DNA of 64,000 nucleotides from a virus: IMG/VR virus record IMGVR_UViG_3300018080_000118, positions 32,001 to 96,000 of that record; one strand, 5' to 3'. Shown piece by piece: positions 19,548 to 29,481 of this stretch (position 1 is its first letter; each line of letters starts with the position of its first letter). The notes under the pieces were generated by a model. It saw only the letters and a program-made list of their open reading frames with translations, ran no database searches and was not told where the DNA came from. The position numbers and the translations under genes were made by a program.

Positions 19548-22500
19548 ATGTTCACAGCTACTGAAAGCTTCTCGGCTCTTCTGAACCGAGTGAAGGACCT
19601 CGTTGCCCGCACTTTTCCTGTAGAAGGCAAGAATCACACCGTCCGTGTGTCCAACCTTCGCTGGGAAAATGTCGACGCTAAGTTCTACAGCGATCCCGAT
19701 ATCCACAAGGAGTACAAGACCAAGGGTAAGACCCTGTCCGCGCGCCTCGTTGGGAATGTCAGCATCGTCGACAACAAGAGCCGAAAGGTCATCGCGCAGG
19801 AAAGCGGATACCCCCTTTCTCTCGTTCCACACATCACGAGCAAGCAAGCCTTCATCATCGGGGGCAAGGACGTCCAGGTGGTGAACCAGCTGCGCCTCAA
19901 GCCTGGCACGTACACCCGCTACATGGCCGACAACAACGTCGAGACCTTCATCAACACGCCGGGTGGCGGCTATCGGGTCCAGTTTGACCGCGAACGCAAG
20001 ATCTTCCGCGTGCGCGTCGGCCAGTCCACCTACGTCTACCTCTATCCCGTGCTGATGGGCATGGGTGTGCCTGAGGAACAGCTGCGCCGCATCTGGGGCA
20101 ACGAGATCCTCAACGTCAACCGGCAGTATAACCGGCCCGACGAGATGGCAAAGCTCTACCGCAAGTTGCGCCCGTATGCCCCGCAGCCCAAGGACAAGAC
20201 AGAGTTGGCCCAGGCTGTCATCTCGTTCTTCAAGTCGAAGCCTCTTGACCCCGACATCACCAAGCTGACCCTGGGCTCGCCCTACAAGCAGATCGAACCC
20301 AAGGTCTTGGTGGCGGCATCGGAGAAAGCCCTGAAGCTCGCGCAGGGCAAGGCGAAGGCAGACGACACGGAGAACTTGGCCTACAAGAGCATCCATTCCG
20401 TCGAGGACTTCATCCCGGAAAAGATCGAGAGAGCGGTGCCAGCCATTCGGCGCTCCATCGAGCGTGAGCTGAACAGGCGGCAGTTCATGTCCCGGAAGAA
20501 CAAGGTCATGGACGCGGTGCCTCCGTCACTCTTCACTACCCCCGTGCTCTCCTTTTTTACGCAGAGCGAGTTCACGCGGTACAGCGACCAGAACAACCCG
20601 CTGGACATGGCGTCGGTCAACGCCCTGACAACTACCTTGGGCGAGGGCGGCATCAGCTCGGTTCATGCTGTGACCGACAGGCTCCGCACCGTGCACCCAA
20701 GCCATGCAGGTGTGCTGGACCCTCTCGCCACGCCGGAAGGAACGCGTATCGGCATCACCGGCCACCTCTCCGCTGGTGCCCGAAAGATCGGCAACGATCT
20801 CGGCCTCCAGGTCATTGATCCGAAGACGGGCCGCGAGGTGACCAGGAAGATCTTCGACCTGGAAGACAAGGCGGTGGCTTTCTACGATCAGTACGACTTC
20901 CGTGGCAAGAAGCCGCGCCCGAAATCCCAGATGGTAAAGGCGCGTATCAAGGGAGAGCTGAAGGAGATCCCCTCTGGCCAGGTGGACTTCATCTTTGCCC
21001 ACCCATCTCGTTTCTTCGGCGTTGTCTCGAATGCCATCCCGTTCCTGCACACGAACAGCCCGAACCGCGCCCTCATGGCGGGCAGGCACCTGGAGCAGGC
21101 GGTCCCTCTGAAGAATCCCGACGTGCCCAGCGTGCAGGCGAAGTTCGGACGAAAAGGTTTCGAGACCACGACGGGGAAGCTGCTGGCATCCAAGTCTCCG
21201 GTCACCGGAATCGTCACGACAGTCAGAAAGAACGCCATCACGATCCGGGGAGACGATGGTAAGACCCACACCGTGAAGCTGCACGACCACTACCCGCTCA
21301 ACTCCAATGCGTTCCTGCACGAGCGGCCTATCGTGACCAAGGGCCAGCGCGTCAAGAAGGACCAGACGATCGCCGACTCTGACTTCACCCGGGATGGAGC
21401 CCTGGCGATGGGCAAGACGCTCAGAACAGCCTACATGCCGTACAAGGGCTATAACTTCGAAGACGGCGTGGTTGTCTCTGAGTCTGCTGCGAAGAAACTC
21501 ACCAGCGTGCACAAGCATGAGATCCGGCTCAACCTGGATCCCACGATCTCCGTGGGCCTCTCCAAGCTGCTGGCTCTGTTCCCGGCGTACAACGAAGGGC
21601 TGGATAGGTCCAAGTACGGGGCAAACGGTTTGGTGAAGAAGGGAACCGTTCTGCAGCCCGAGGAGCTCGTCATCCCTGCTGTCAGGAAGGTGAAGGTCCA
21701 CGAAGACTTCGACTACTCGAAACTGCACAAGGCCCTAAAGAACCAGTGGCTGGACGTCTCGATGAAGTGGGACGGGCATGGGCCAGCCGAAGTCGTCGAC
21801 GTGGTGAAGACCCGAGGATTCGTGTCGATCTACGTCAAGACTGATGAGCAGCTGGAGGTGGGGGACAAACTCTCCCATCGCGCCGGTGGCAAGGGCATTG
21901 TCACGGCCATCTTGCCGGACAACGAGATGTACCAGGACTCCAAGGGGAACGTCATCGACCTGCTCTACAACCCGGCCAGCGTGCTGGGGCGGGCGAACCC
22001 GGGCCAACTTCTCGAAGCGGCTGCCGGGAAGGTCTCCGAGAAGACGAAGACACCCTATCTGGTGGACAATTTCGACAAGCCTGGCGATGCGCTAAAAGAT
22101 GTCCAAGCAGCCATGCGGGCCGCTGGTGTCAAAGACACCGAGGAGATCTACGACCCCACCACCAACAAGAAGATCCCGAACATCAACGTCGGGAATGTGC
22201 ACTTCATCAAGCTGCGTCACCAGGTGTCCAAAAAGCTCTCTGCCCGAGGGAACGACTCCTACACCCATGACGAGACTCCCGCGAGAATCACGGGCAAGAA
22301 GGCCAACCCGCTGGCTATCGGGTCCATGGAGCTCTATTCCCTTCTGTCCGGGGGCGGCACCGCTTTTCTGCGGGACGCGTCCACGATCAAGTCCCAGAAG
22401 AATGACGAATACTGGCGAGCTGTCCAGCTTGGATTGCCGCTCCCACCAGTACGGACCCCTTTTGTGGTCGACAAGTTCACTACCTTCATGCGCGGTGCCG

Positions 22501-25500
22501 GCATCGACCTGAAGCAAGAGGGGACGAAGCTCAAGGCGCTCCCGCTCATCGACAAGGAGATCGCTATCCAGAGCAATGGCGAGATCAAGAGTCCTGGCGT
22601 TGTGAAGGCAAACGACTTGTCGCCTGAGAAGGGTGGTCTCTTCGACCGTGCAATTACTGGGGGCTATGACGGGAACTATTGGAACCATATCGAGCTGGAG
22701 AGCGAGATCCCCAACCCTCTGATGGACGACGCTATCGTCGGTGTGCTGGCACCGAGCATCAAGAAGAAGCAATTCAACCAGATCGTCAATGGCACCGTCT
22801 TCATCACGCCGGACGGTCGGCTCACCACTGAATCCAAGGGCAACAAGACGGGAGGCGCGGGACTCAAGATTCTTCTGAGCAAGATTAACGTCGATGCGGA
22901 GCTGAAGAAAGCTCGTAGAGACATCAAGAATCAGCGAGGTGCTCGGAGGAATGTCACAGCGAAAAGACTGCGGTTCCTGCGCGCACTCAAGCAGCTCGGC
23001 CTGAGTCCTGTCGAGGCCTACCTGAACAAGCACGTGCCTGTGATCCCTGCCAAGTTCCGGCCCATCTATCCAAACCCGGATGGCTCGCTCAACGTGTCGG
23101 ACCCTATTCACGGCTATCGCGAAGTCATCATGATCAACAACCAGATCAAGGACCTGAAGCGGTTCGGCGTGGACGACAAGAACCTTGCCCCTCTCCGCAC
23201 ACAGCTCTACGGGGCCGTCCGGGGTCTCGTTGGGCTACAGGAGCCGCTGACCAGGAACAAGAACTTCCGAGGCTTCCTGAGCACTATCAAGGGCAAGCAG
23301 AACAAGTTCGGTTTCTTCCAGGGGCGCGTGCTCAAGCGGCGTCAGGACCTCACCGGCCGCTCTACGATCATCCCCGATCCGAAACTCGGCATCGATCAGG
23401 TAAAGATCCCTGACGAGATGGCCTTCGTCATCTACAAGCCCTACATCATGCAGAAGCTCCGGGCTCTGGGCCACATGCCTCTGCGTGCCAGGGAGCTCAT
23501 CGAGAAGCGAGATCCCATCGCACGCTCTGCGTTGACCGAGGTCCTCAAAGAGAGGCCCGTCCTTCTGAACCGTGCACCGACGCTGCACAAGTTCGGCCTC
23601 CTCTCCTTCAAGCCTACGCTGACCTCTGGGAAGGCCATCAAGATCAATCCTCTGGTGGTCGGTGGCTTCAACGCGGACTTCGATGGCGACGCCATGCAGG
23701 TCCACGTTCCTGTGTCCGAGGAAGCTCGTCGCGAGGCGATGACCAAACTGCTGCCCAGCTCCAACCTATTCAGCCCGAGAGACGACACGCTTGTGCACGG
23801 TCCGTCGAAGGAGATGATCCTGGGCATCTACCTGATGACCACGCCGGAGGGAAAAGCTCTTCGAGCCAGGTCCGCCGCCGATGTCCTCGCCCGATACAAG
23901 TCGGGCAAGATCCAGGTCAATCAGGCCATGAAGGTAGGGGCGAAGACGATCTGTGCCGGACAGGTCATCTTCAATGAGGCGCTGCCCAAGGAAGTTCGTC
24001 CGGGCTATATCCCGATCGACAAGAAGAAGCTGATGCTCCTCCTGTCCGACCTCGCCAGGAAGAAACCACAGATCTCGGGTCAGGTCATCTCGAAGGTGAA
24101 GGATCTCGGGAACAAATACGTTACCGAGGTGGGCTTCTCTGTCGGGCTCAAGGATCTGGAGTTCCCGTACGCTGACCGAGATAAGATCCTGGCCCAGGCA
24201 GCAAAGGTGTCCAAGCGAGTAGGCTTCGCCAAGGCCTATGCAGCGGCTGGCGACAAGCTCGAAGCCCACATGAAGAAGAAGCTCGCCAAGAGCAACCGCT
24301 TCGTGGTGGGGGCCACAACGTCGGGTGCCTTCGGGAAGCCGAACCAGGTGATGCAAACGATCGCCTCTCCGGTAGCCGTGACCGATCATGAGGGAAAGGT
24401 AATCCCCATTCCCATCAAGAAGTCTCTGGCGGAGGGGCTGGACATTGGTAGTTACTGGTCGATCATCCCGGGCTCCAGAAAGGGCCTCGTGGACAAGGGC
24501 CTTTCTACGGCGGATACCGGGGCCTTTGGCAAGATGCTCATCGCAGCCACGGTGGACACCATGGTATCCATGCGTGACTGCGGAACTCGCGAAGGCATCA
24601 CGCTCCCGATCACGGACCAGGACGCCCTGGATCGTGTTGTGGCGAAGGGGGCGTACCGGGGCAAGGTCACTACTCCGGCCCTGATCCGAACACTGAAAGC
24701 TCGCGGAAAGAAGACCATCGATGTGCGGTCGCCCCTTCACTGCAAGGCGCAGCGCGGCATCTGCGCGAAGTGTTTCGGTCTTCTGGAGAATGGGCAATTC
24801 CCGTCCATCGGATACCATATTGGAACCCTCGCCGGTCAGACCATCGCCGAGCCTATGACGCAGCTCACCCTTCGAGCTTTCCATACCGGCGGTACAATCG
24901 GCGGGGGCACCGTGGGCTTTCCTCGCCTCAAGCAGATCCTGGAGATGCCTACCAACGTGCGAGGAAAGGCGACGCTGGCTAAGGTCGATGGCAAGGTCTC
25001 CAACGTCAAGAAGTCTGCCGCAGGTGGTTGGGAGGTCACGATCGACTCTATGGCCCACTTCGTGCCGCAGGAGCAGGGGCTCGGTGTGCGCATCGGAAGT
25101 CGGGTCAAGGCAGGAGACAAGATCTCGCTCGGCGGTGTGGTGAAGCCCCAGGAGTTGCTGGAGGCTACCAACGACATCCGCAAGGTGCAGGACCACATCA
25201 TCGGGGATATCAACAACGAGGTGTTTGGCCCCTCAGGTATCCGGGTCAAACGGAAGATCCTTGAGACCGCCATCCAGCCCATGACCAATAGGGCCGAAGT
25301 GACAGATCCCGGCGACGGAGACGTTGCCTTCGGGGTACACACAGGAGACGTCGTACAGCTCAACAAGCTCGACAGCATGAACAGGAAGCTAAAGGCCAAG
25401 AAGAAGAACCTCATCCAGTACATCCCAGCGCTCCTGTCCATACGGAAAGTTCCTCAGTATCACGACGACTTCATCGGGCAGCTCGTTGCCGAGAGGCCCC

Positions 25501-25784
25501 ACCGCACCCTGAAGATGGCACCCTCGCTTGCTGCGAAGTCTGACATCGGTCCTGGTGGTCATCCGATCGCGACCTATGCTTTCGGCAAGTTCTTCAACAC
25601 CAAACCAGCGCTCAACCAGAAGAGCTACGTGAAGACAGCGGAGGAGATCGTCGAAGAGCTCGACGAGCTGTCCGCTGTCGTAGAGCCGGACGCCCCCCTT
25701 GAGGCAGACGGCGCGCTGGATACCGATGTCTCAGACGCTCTCGGCGATTTGCTGACAACTCTGGGAGTGGTCAAGGAGGAGTAA
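19548..25784 (+). CDS. rpoBC: Single-chain fused beta/beta' DNA-directed RNA polymerase
   Basis: beta motifs: DQNNPL, VHPSH...TPEG, NRALM, GYNFED, GDKLSHRAGGKG, KLRHQV. beta' motifs: GGLFD, LNRAPTLH, catalytic NADFDGD (23670-23690), bridge helix RKGLVD, trigger loop EPMTQLTLRAFHTGG. Confidence 0.95.
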   Translation: MFTATESFSALLNRVKDLVARTFPVEGKNHTVRVSNLRWENVDAKFYSDPDIHKEYKTKGKTLSARLVGNVSIVDNKSRKVIAQESGYPLSLVPHITSKQAFIIGGKDVQVVNQLRLKPGTYTRYMADNNVETFINTPGGGYRVQFDRERKIFRVRVGQSTYVYLYPVLMGMGVPEEQLRRIWGNEILNVNRQYNRPDEMAKLYRKLRPYAPQPKDKTELAQAVISFFKSKPLDPDITKLTLGSPYKQIEPKVLVAASEKALKLAQGKAKADDTENLAYKSIHSVEDFIPEKIERAVPAIRRSIERELNRRQFMSRKNKVMDAVPPSLFTTPVLSFFTQSEFTRYSDQNNPLDMASVNALTTTLGEGGISSVHAVTDRLRTVHPSHAGVLDPLATPEGTRIGITGHLSAGARKIGNDLGLQVIDPKTGREVTRKIFDLEDKAVAFYDQYDFRGKKPRPKSQMVKARIKGELKEIPSGQVDFIFAHPSRFFGVVSNAIPFLHTNSPNRALMAGRHLEQAVPLKNPDVPSVQAKFGRKGFETTTGKLLASKSPVTGIVTTVRKNAITIRGDDGKTHTVKLHDHYPLNSNAFLHERPIVTKGQRVKKDQTIADSDFTRDGALAMGKTLRTAYMPYKGYNFEDGVVVSESAAKKLTSVHKHEIRLNLDPTISVGLSKLLALFPAYNEGLDRSKYGANGLVKKGTVLQPEELVIPAVRKVKVHEDFDYSKLHKALKNQWLDVSMKWDGHGPAEVVDVVKTRGFVSIYVKTDEQLEVGDKLSHRAGGKGIVTAILPDNEMYQDSKGNVIDLLYNPASVLGRANPGQLLEAAAGKVSEKTKTPYLVDNFDKPGDALKDVQAAMRAAGVKDTEEIYDPTTNKKIPNINVGNVHFIKLRHQVSKKLSARGNDSYTHDETPARITGKKANPLAIGSMELYSLLSGGGTAFLRDASTIKSQKNDEYWRAVQLGLPLPPVRTPFVVDKFTTFMRGAGIDLKQEGTKLKALPLIDKEIAIQSNGEIKSPGVVKANDLSPEKGGLFDRAITGGYDGNYWNHIELESEIPNPLMDDAIVGVLAPSIKKKQFNQIVNGTVFITPDGRLTTESKGNKTGGAGLKILLSKINVDAELKKARRDIKNQRGARRNVTAKRLRFLRALKQLGLSPVEAYLNKHVPVIPAKFRPIYPNPDGSLNVSDPIHGYREVIMINNQIKDLKRFGVDDKNLAPLRTQLYGAVRGLVGLQEPLTRNKNFRGFLSTIKGKQNKFGFFQGRVLKRRQDLTGRSTIIPDPKLGIDQVKIPDEMAFVIYKPYIMQKLRALGHMPLRARELIEKRDPIARSALTEVLKERPVLLNRAPTLHKFGLLSFKPTLTSGKAIKINPLVVGGFNADFDGDAMQVHVPVSEEARREAMTKLLPSSNLFSPRDDTLVHGPSKEMILGIYLMTTPEGKALRARSAADVLARYKSGKIQVNQAMKVGAKTICAGQVIFNEALPKEVRPGYIPIDKKKLMLLLSDLARKKPQISGQVISKVKDLGNKYVTEVGFSVGLKDLEFPYADRDKILAQAAKVSKRVGFAKAYAAAGDKLEAHMKKKLAKSNRFVVGATTSGAFGKPNQVMQTIASPVAVTDHEGKVIPIPIKKSLAEGLDIGSYWSIIPGSRKGLVDKGLSTADTGAFGKMLIAATVDTMVSMRDCGTREGITLPITDQDALDRVVAKGAYRGKVTTPALIRTLKARGKKTIDVRSPLHCKAQRGICAKCFGLLENGQFPSIGYHIGTLAGQTIAEPMTQLTLRAFHTGGTIGGGTVGFPRLKQILEMPTNVRGKATLAKVDGKVSNVKKSAAGGWEVTIDSMAHFVPQEQGLGVRIGSRVKAGDKISLGGVVKPQELLEATNDIRKVQDHIIGDINNEVFGPSGIRVKRKILETAIQPMTNRAEVTDPGDGDVAFGVHTGDVVQLNKLDSMNRKLKAKKKNLIQYIPALLSIRKVPQYHDDFIGQLVAERPHRTLKMAPSLAAKSDIGPGGHPIATYAFGKFFNTKPALNQKSYVKTAEEIVEELDELSAVVEPDAPLEADGALDTDVSDALGDLLTTLGVVKEE

Positions 25785-27313
25785 TGCCTCAGCGCGGCGA
25801 GGCCTTTGGCCGATTCAGGACGGACGACGACACGCCCCCAATTCTTCGCGGCGGAGAGATCGTCAGCTACAACCCAGAGACGGATCTCTACACGGTCAAT
25901 GTGGACGGCTTCGGCGACATCGACTCCATGCGCGCCGTCAAGTACGGGGTGTACCGGCCCTACCCTGAAGAGACCCGAGTCATTTGCGTGTGCATGCGTG
26001 GGGTCTATTGGTCCATTATCGGCGGTCTTCCCAAATGGCAGAAGCCCGAGGATCCCCCCAAGTCACCAGCAGACACCATTGCTGCGCAAGACAAGGAGCT
26101 TCGGCGCGCCACAGCAGACAAGTATCAGGTCTTCGCCGCCAGCGCCCGGAAGCTTGACGAGGAGCTGCACTACGAAGGTGACTCGGTCCTCGACAACAAC
26201 AAGGGCAGCTTCATCAAGATCCTGGAGAGCGGCGATATCTGGGGCCTTGCCTCCTACGCCTGCTTCTTTCTTCTCAGTAAGGTGAAGAACGTCTTCATCG
26301 CCAGGGCACGGGACGCCCTCATCAGCTTCGCGGGATTCATCTTCAATGTGGAGACGGACACCAGCGTCAAGCAGGCAACGGCAAAGCTCGATGTGACAGG
26401 CGATCAGAAGGAGGAGTCTGATCCCGACTTCTCTGTGCGTGCGGGGTATCTTGGCGGCCAGGATCTCTTCGAGCAGAAGATGTCTACTGCCCCATCCCAG
26501 ATGCCAGAGCTGCTCTTGCCCACCACTAACGTGGCAGGAGGTGTTGGTGACGTTAGTTCTCTGGACGCTCTCTCCACGGAAACACCCTCGGTATCTTCCT
26601 CGATGGCTGACGCCTCGGGGACCCCTGTAGCCACCAAGGACGGCCGTGTTCTCTGGACGCTGCTCGGGGATCACACGCTGCTGGAGGTAGACAATGCGTC
26701 GGAGGAGGTCAGACTTTCTAGGGTGAGCGCACAGAGAAACGCCCGAACAGGCGCTCCGCGCAACACCGAGAAAGACACCAAGCAAGTTCGCCTTAACGGC
26801 AGCGAGCTCGCCCTCCAGTGGAAAGACCGCTGGGTCTCGTTGAACGACAGTCGAGTGTCTGTGTCCTACGGGGACAACTACTTCTCCGTGGACGACAAGA
26901 AGCTTTCGATGGTCTTCGGCGAGAATTTTATCATTGTGAACAAGAACGGCGTTCAGATAAAAGGATACCTGGAATTGGTTGGTGGCAGCATCAATCTTGT
27001 TGACGAAACCGTGGGCGCGGCGTATCGCCCCGAGACCGGCGGCGTGGCTGCGGAAGGCATCGCGAACATGCAGTTCAGCAGCCTCCCGCTGCCCAAGCTG
27101 GATTTGACGATGAATCTGACAGTGAACAAGCTGGCCCTGGTGAACGAGGTCTTCCTGCCCGCGTACGACCAGGACATGCTGGAGCTGCAGAAGCACTCGC
27201 ATCCTCTGGACCCGAACAAGACGACCGCGCTGCCCGCCCCGGATCTGGCGAAGAACCTCGACCAGCCAACCAAACAGTCCCAGAAATCGGCCCTAACCTC
27301 AAACGTAGTCTAG
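25784..27313 (+). CDS. Baseplate central spike protein (gpV/gp5-like)
   Basis: N-terminal OB-fold-like GEIVSYNPETDLYTVNV, repetitive beta-strand region, and C-terminal HSH metal-binding tip motif. Confidence 0.55.
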   Translation: MPQRGEAFGRFRTDDDTPPILRGGEIVSYNPETDLYTVNVDGFGDIDSMRAVKYGVYRPYPEETRVICVCMRGVYWSIIGGLPKWQKPEDPPKSPADTIAAQDKELRRATADKYQVFAASARKLDEELHYEGDSVLDNNKGSFIKILESGDIWGLASYACFFLLSKVKNVFIARARDALISFAGFIFNVETDTSVKQATAKLDVTGDQKEESDPDFSVRAGYLGGQDLFEQKMSTAPSQMPELLLPTTNVAGGVGDVSSLDALSTETPSVSSSMADASGTPVATKDGRVLWTLLGDHTLLEVDNASEEVRLSRVSAQRNARTGAPRNTEKDTKQVRLNGSELALQWKDRWVSLNDSRVSVSYGDNYFSVDDKKLSMVFGENFIIVNKNGVQIKGYLELVGGSINLVDETVGAAYRPETGGVAAEGIANMQFSSLPLPKLDLTMNLTVNKLALVNEVFLPAYDQDMLELQKHSHPLDPNKTTALPAPDLAKNLDQPTKQSQKSALTSNVV

Positions 27314-27322
27314 GAGTGAACC

Positions 27323-28978
27323 ATGGAGCCTCTCTTTCTGACCCCGACGGACAGCTTCGAGAAGGAAGCGAACATCAAGCTGGAGCGGGACACCAAGCAG
27401 TGGCCGGAGAACATTACGGCCTTCCTGCACCAGGCTTATCCGTGGATCACCGATGCGAAGATCCAGGTGAACTTCAATCGCGTCGACGACGAGGAGGGCG
27501 CGGGTGTGGGGCAGGTGCAGCTCGACGACAAGGCCTCCATCCCGATCGTTATCGAGAACTTCAAGCTGCAGCCTCTCGATGTCTTCTGGGCAGGTGGCAA
27601 GCTGCAGCCTCTCACGAAGCAGGCCCTGCTTTCCGTTCTCGAAGGGACAGAGCTCGGCCGGCCAATCGCCCCTCGGAAGAGCGGCGCTGGCGATATGGCC
27701 CTTCTGTCGCGGACCCAGGTCCCGTACGACGGCCGCTACGTCTATGCGCATCAGCTGGACCTTTCCAAGGATGACATCTTCAAGGCAGCGCAAGAAGCCT
27801 TCGGCTACGCCGATCTTGCCACGGCGCTCAACACCAACCCCATCTTCAAGGAGGTCCTCACGGACTGGATGAAGACGGCGGGTGTGTCCAAGATCGCTGA
27901 GGCCAAGGCCCCTTCCTCGAATGCCGGGACTCACATCAGCATGACTCCTGGTGAGAAGATCCAGGAGAAGAAGGTCGAGGATCACAAGGAAGGCGAGAAC
28001 CACCGGCCCAAGAAAGAGAATCTCATCGAGAAGGAGACCCATCATCCTGGCGTCGTCAAGAAGGCCGGGGTCTTCGATCTCCCCATGGGGATGCAGAAGG
28101 TCGCGTGCATCGTGGCCAACCACATCGTCTCACTAGACGGCCACATCAAGGAAGACCAGATGGCCGCTTTCGAGCTTTCTGGTGATCGGTACTACTACGG
28201 CGCGAACTTCGTCGGCTACCGCAACAAGGGGCTGGAAAAGATCGCGGCCTTCGGCACGAATCGGGTCCAGGGCTGGGGAGCGTTCGTCCTCCAGACCGCC
28301 GATCCCACAGAGACTATCGCGACGGAACCTCTCAAGGTTCTTTTCCGCGAGCACACCGCTGAGGGTTTCGACAAGATTGCCGTGGAGACCATCGCCGGTC
28401 GGCGCGATCTCTTCATCTCGGAGGACGTCAAGAACTGGGCCGAGATCGATGGCGATCTCCACCTGAGCAGCAAGTGGACCTTCAAGCCGTGCGGCAAGAT
28501 GGAGAAGGTCTCGGGCTACATGCCCGTGTCGCCCACGGGCGCTGCTGTCCTGGAGAAATTCGCGGAGTGGCTGTCGCAGCCCCAGGAGCAGACGCCAGAG
28601 ACGACCAGTGTCGCGCCGAAGAATCTCTTCAAGGAGGCGGCCGCCATCCAGCCTGCCTCCATGTGGTTCCCGTTGTCCAACGCCCAGGGCACCAAGCTGA
28701 CGAAGGTCGCCGTGGACGTCAGCACCAACGAAGCCAAGAAGACGGTCGACACCCTACTCGGCCTCAACTTCATCACTCCGGAGAACTCCTACAAGTTCGC
28801 GGAGCAGCTGGAGAAAATCTCCGAAGCGAAGGAGGCTTGTGCAAAACTTCTCCTCGCTTCTCGTCTCGGTCTGCCGCTGCGCCACGCGCCGCTCAAGACC
28901 GCCATGTTCGCGCTCGACGCAGCTGAGCTGGATCTCGCCCAGTTCAACAATGTAGTGAGTGGATCTGATCAGCACTAA
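27323..28978 (+). CDS. Head-associated/internal virion protein (K-x-A rich)
   Basis: 551 aa; GGAG SD; about ten K-x-A motifs (KEAN, KTAG, KIAE, KVAC, KIAA, KEAA and others). Confidence 0.55.
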   Translation: MEPLFLTPTDSFEKEANIKLERDTKQWPENITAFLHQAYPWITDAKIQVNFNRVDDEEGAGVGQVQLDDKASIPIVIENFKLQPLDVFWAGGKLQPLTKQALLSVLEGTELGRPIAPRKSGAGDMALLSRTQVPYDGRYVYAHQLDLSKDDIFKAAQEAFGYADLATALNTNPIFKEVLTDWMKTAGVSKIAEAKAPSSNAGTHISMTPGEKIQEKKVEDHKEGENHRPKKENLIEKETHHPGVVKKAGVFDLPMGMQKVACIVANHIVSLDGHIKEDQMAAFELSGDRYYYGANFVGYRNKGLEKIAAFGTNRVQGWGAFVLQTADPTETIATEPLKVLFREHTAEGFDKIAVETIAGRRDLFISEDVKNWAEIDGDLHLSSKWTFKPCGKMEKVSGYMPVSPTGAAVLEKFAEWLSQPQEQTPETTSVAPKNLFKEAAAIQPASMWFPLSNAQGTKLTKVAVDVSTNEAKKTVDTLLGLNFITPENSYKFAEQLEKISEAKEACAKLLLASRLGLPLRHAPLKTAMFALDAAELDLAQFNNVVSGSDQH

Positions 28979-28986
28979 GAGGACGC

Positions 28987-29481
28987 ATGCTTCGTTTCTT
29001 CACCTGGATCTGGTTGAAGTTCCTCGATCCAGTCTGGAACATCTTTCCGGCCTGGATTCAGTCCTGGAGCTATGACAAGAAGAAGGGGAAGGACATCTAT
29101 CACATGCTGCGCAGCCTCGCGCCGGACATTCAAAAGATCCAAAACCACATGAATGCGCTGGGCTTCGAGTGGACCTCAGACCCGCTCGGTGGCAGCCTCG
29201 ACTATCACTCCTTCGCGTGGGTCATCTGCGCCCGTGGAAAGGGGGACTGCGACGACTGGGCGCATCTCTGGTATCGCCTCCTTCGGCACCACGGAAAAGT
29301 CGAGAAGATGTATACTAGAAAGAAAGGCGGCGGCGCACATGCCATGACGATCTTCACCAAAGGCAACGTGTGCTACCTCCTGTCAAACCTCAGGCTGCGG
29401 ACCAAGGTTGGTGTGCTGGATAAGAAGCTTCTCCTCACTAACTTCTACGGCGAGGAGACGGACTTTTCGATCATCATCTGA
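28987..29481 (+). CDS. Transglutaminase-like cysteine peptidase fold protein
   Basis: GKGDCDDWA catalytic-Cys motif and downstream GAHAMTIF His motif. Confidence 0.65.
   Translation: MLRFFTWIWLKFLDPVWNIFPAWIQSWSYDKKKGKDIYHMLRSLAPDIQKIQNHMNALGFEWTSDPLGGSLDYHSFAWVICARGKGDCDDWAHLWYRLLRHHGKVEKMYTRKKGGGAHAMTIFTKGNVCYLLSNLRLRTKVGVLDKKLLLTNFYGEETDFSIII

Noticed and set aside
19548-25784. Host chromosomal rpoBC locus
   Set aside because: It is much shorter than cellular RpoB plus RpoC, lacks flanking ribosomal-protein genes, and is embedded among portal, terminase and capsid genes.
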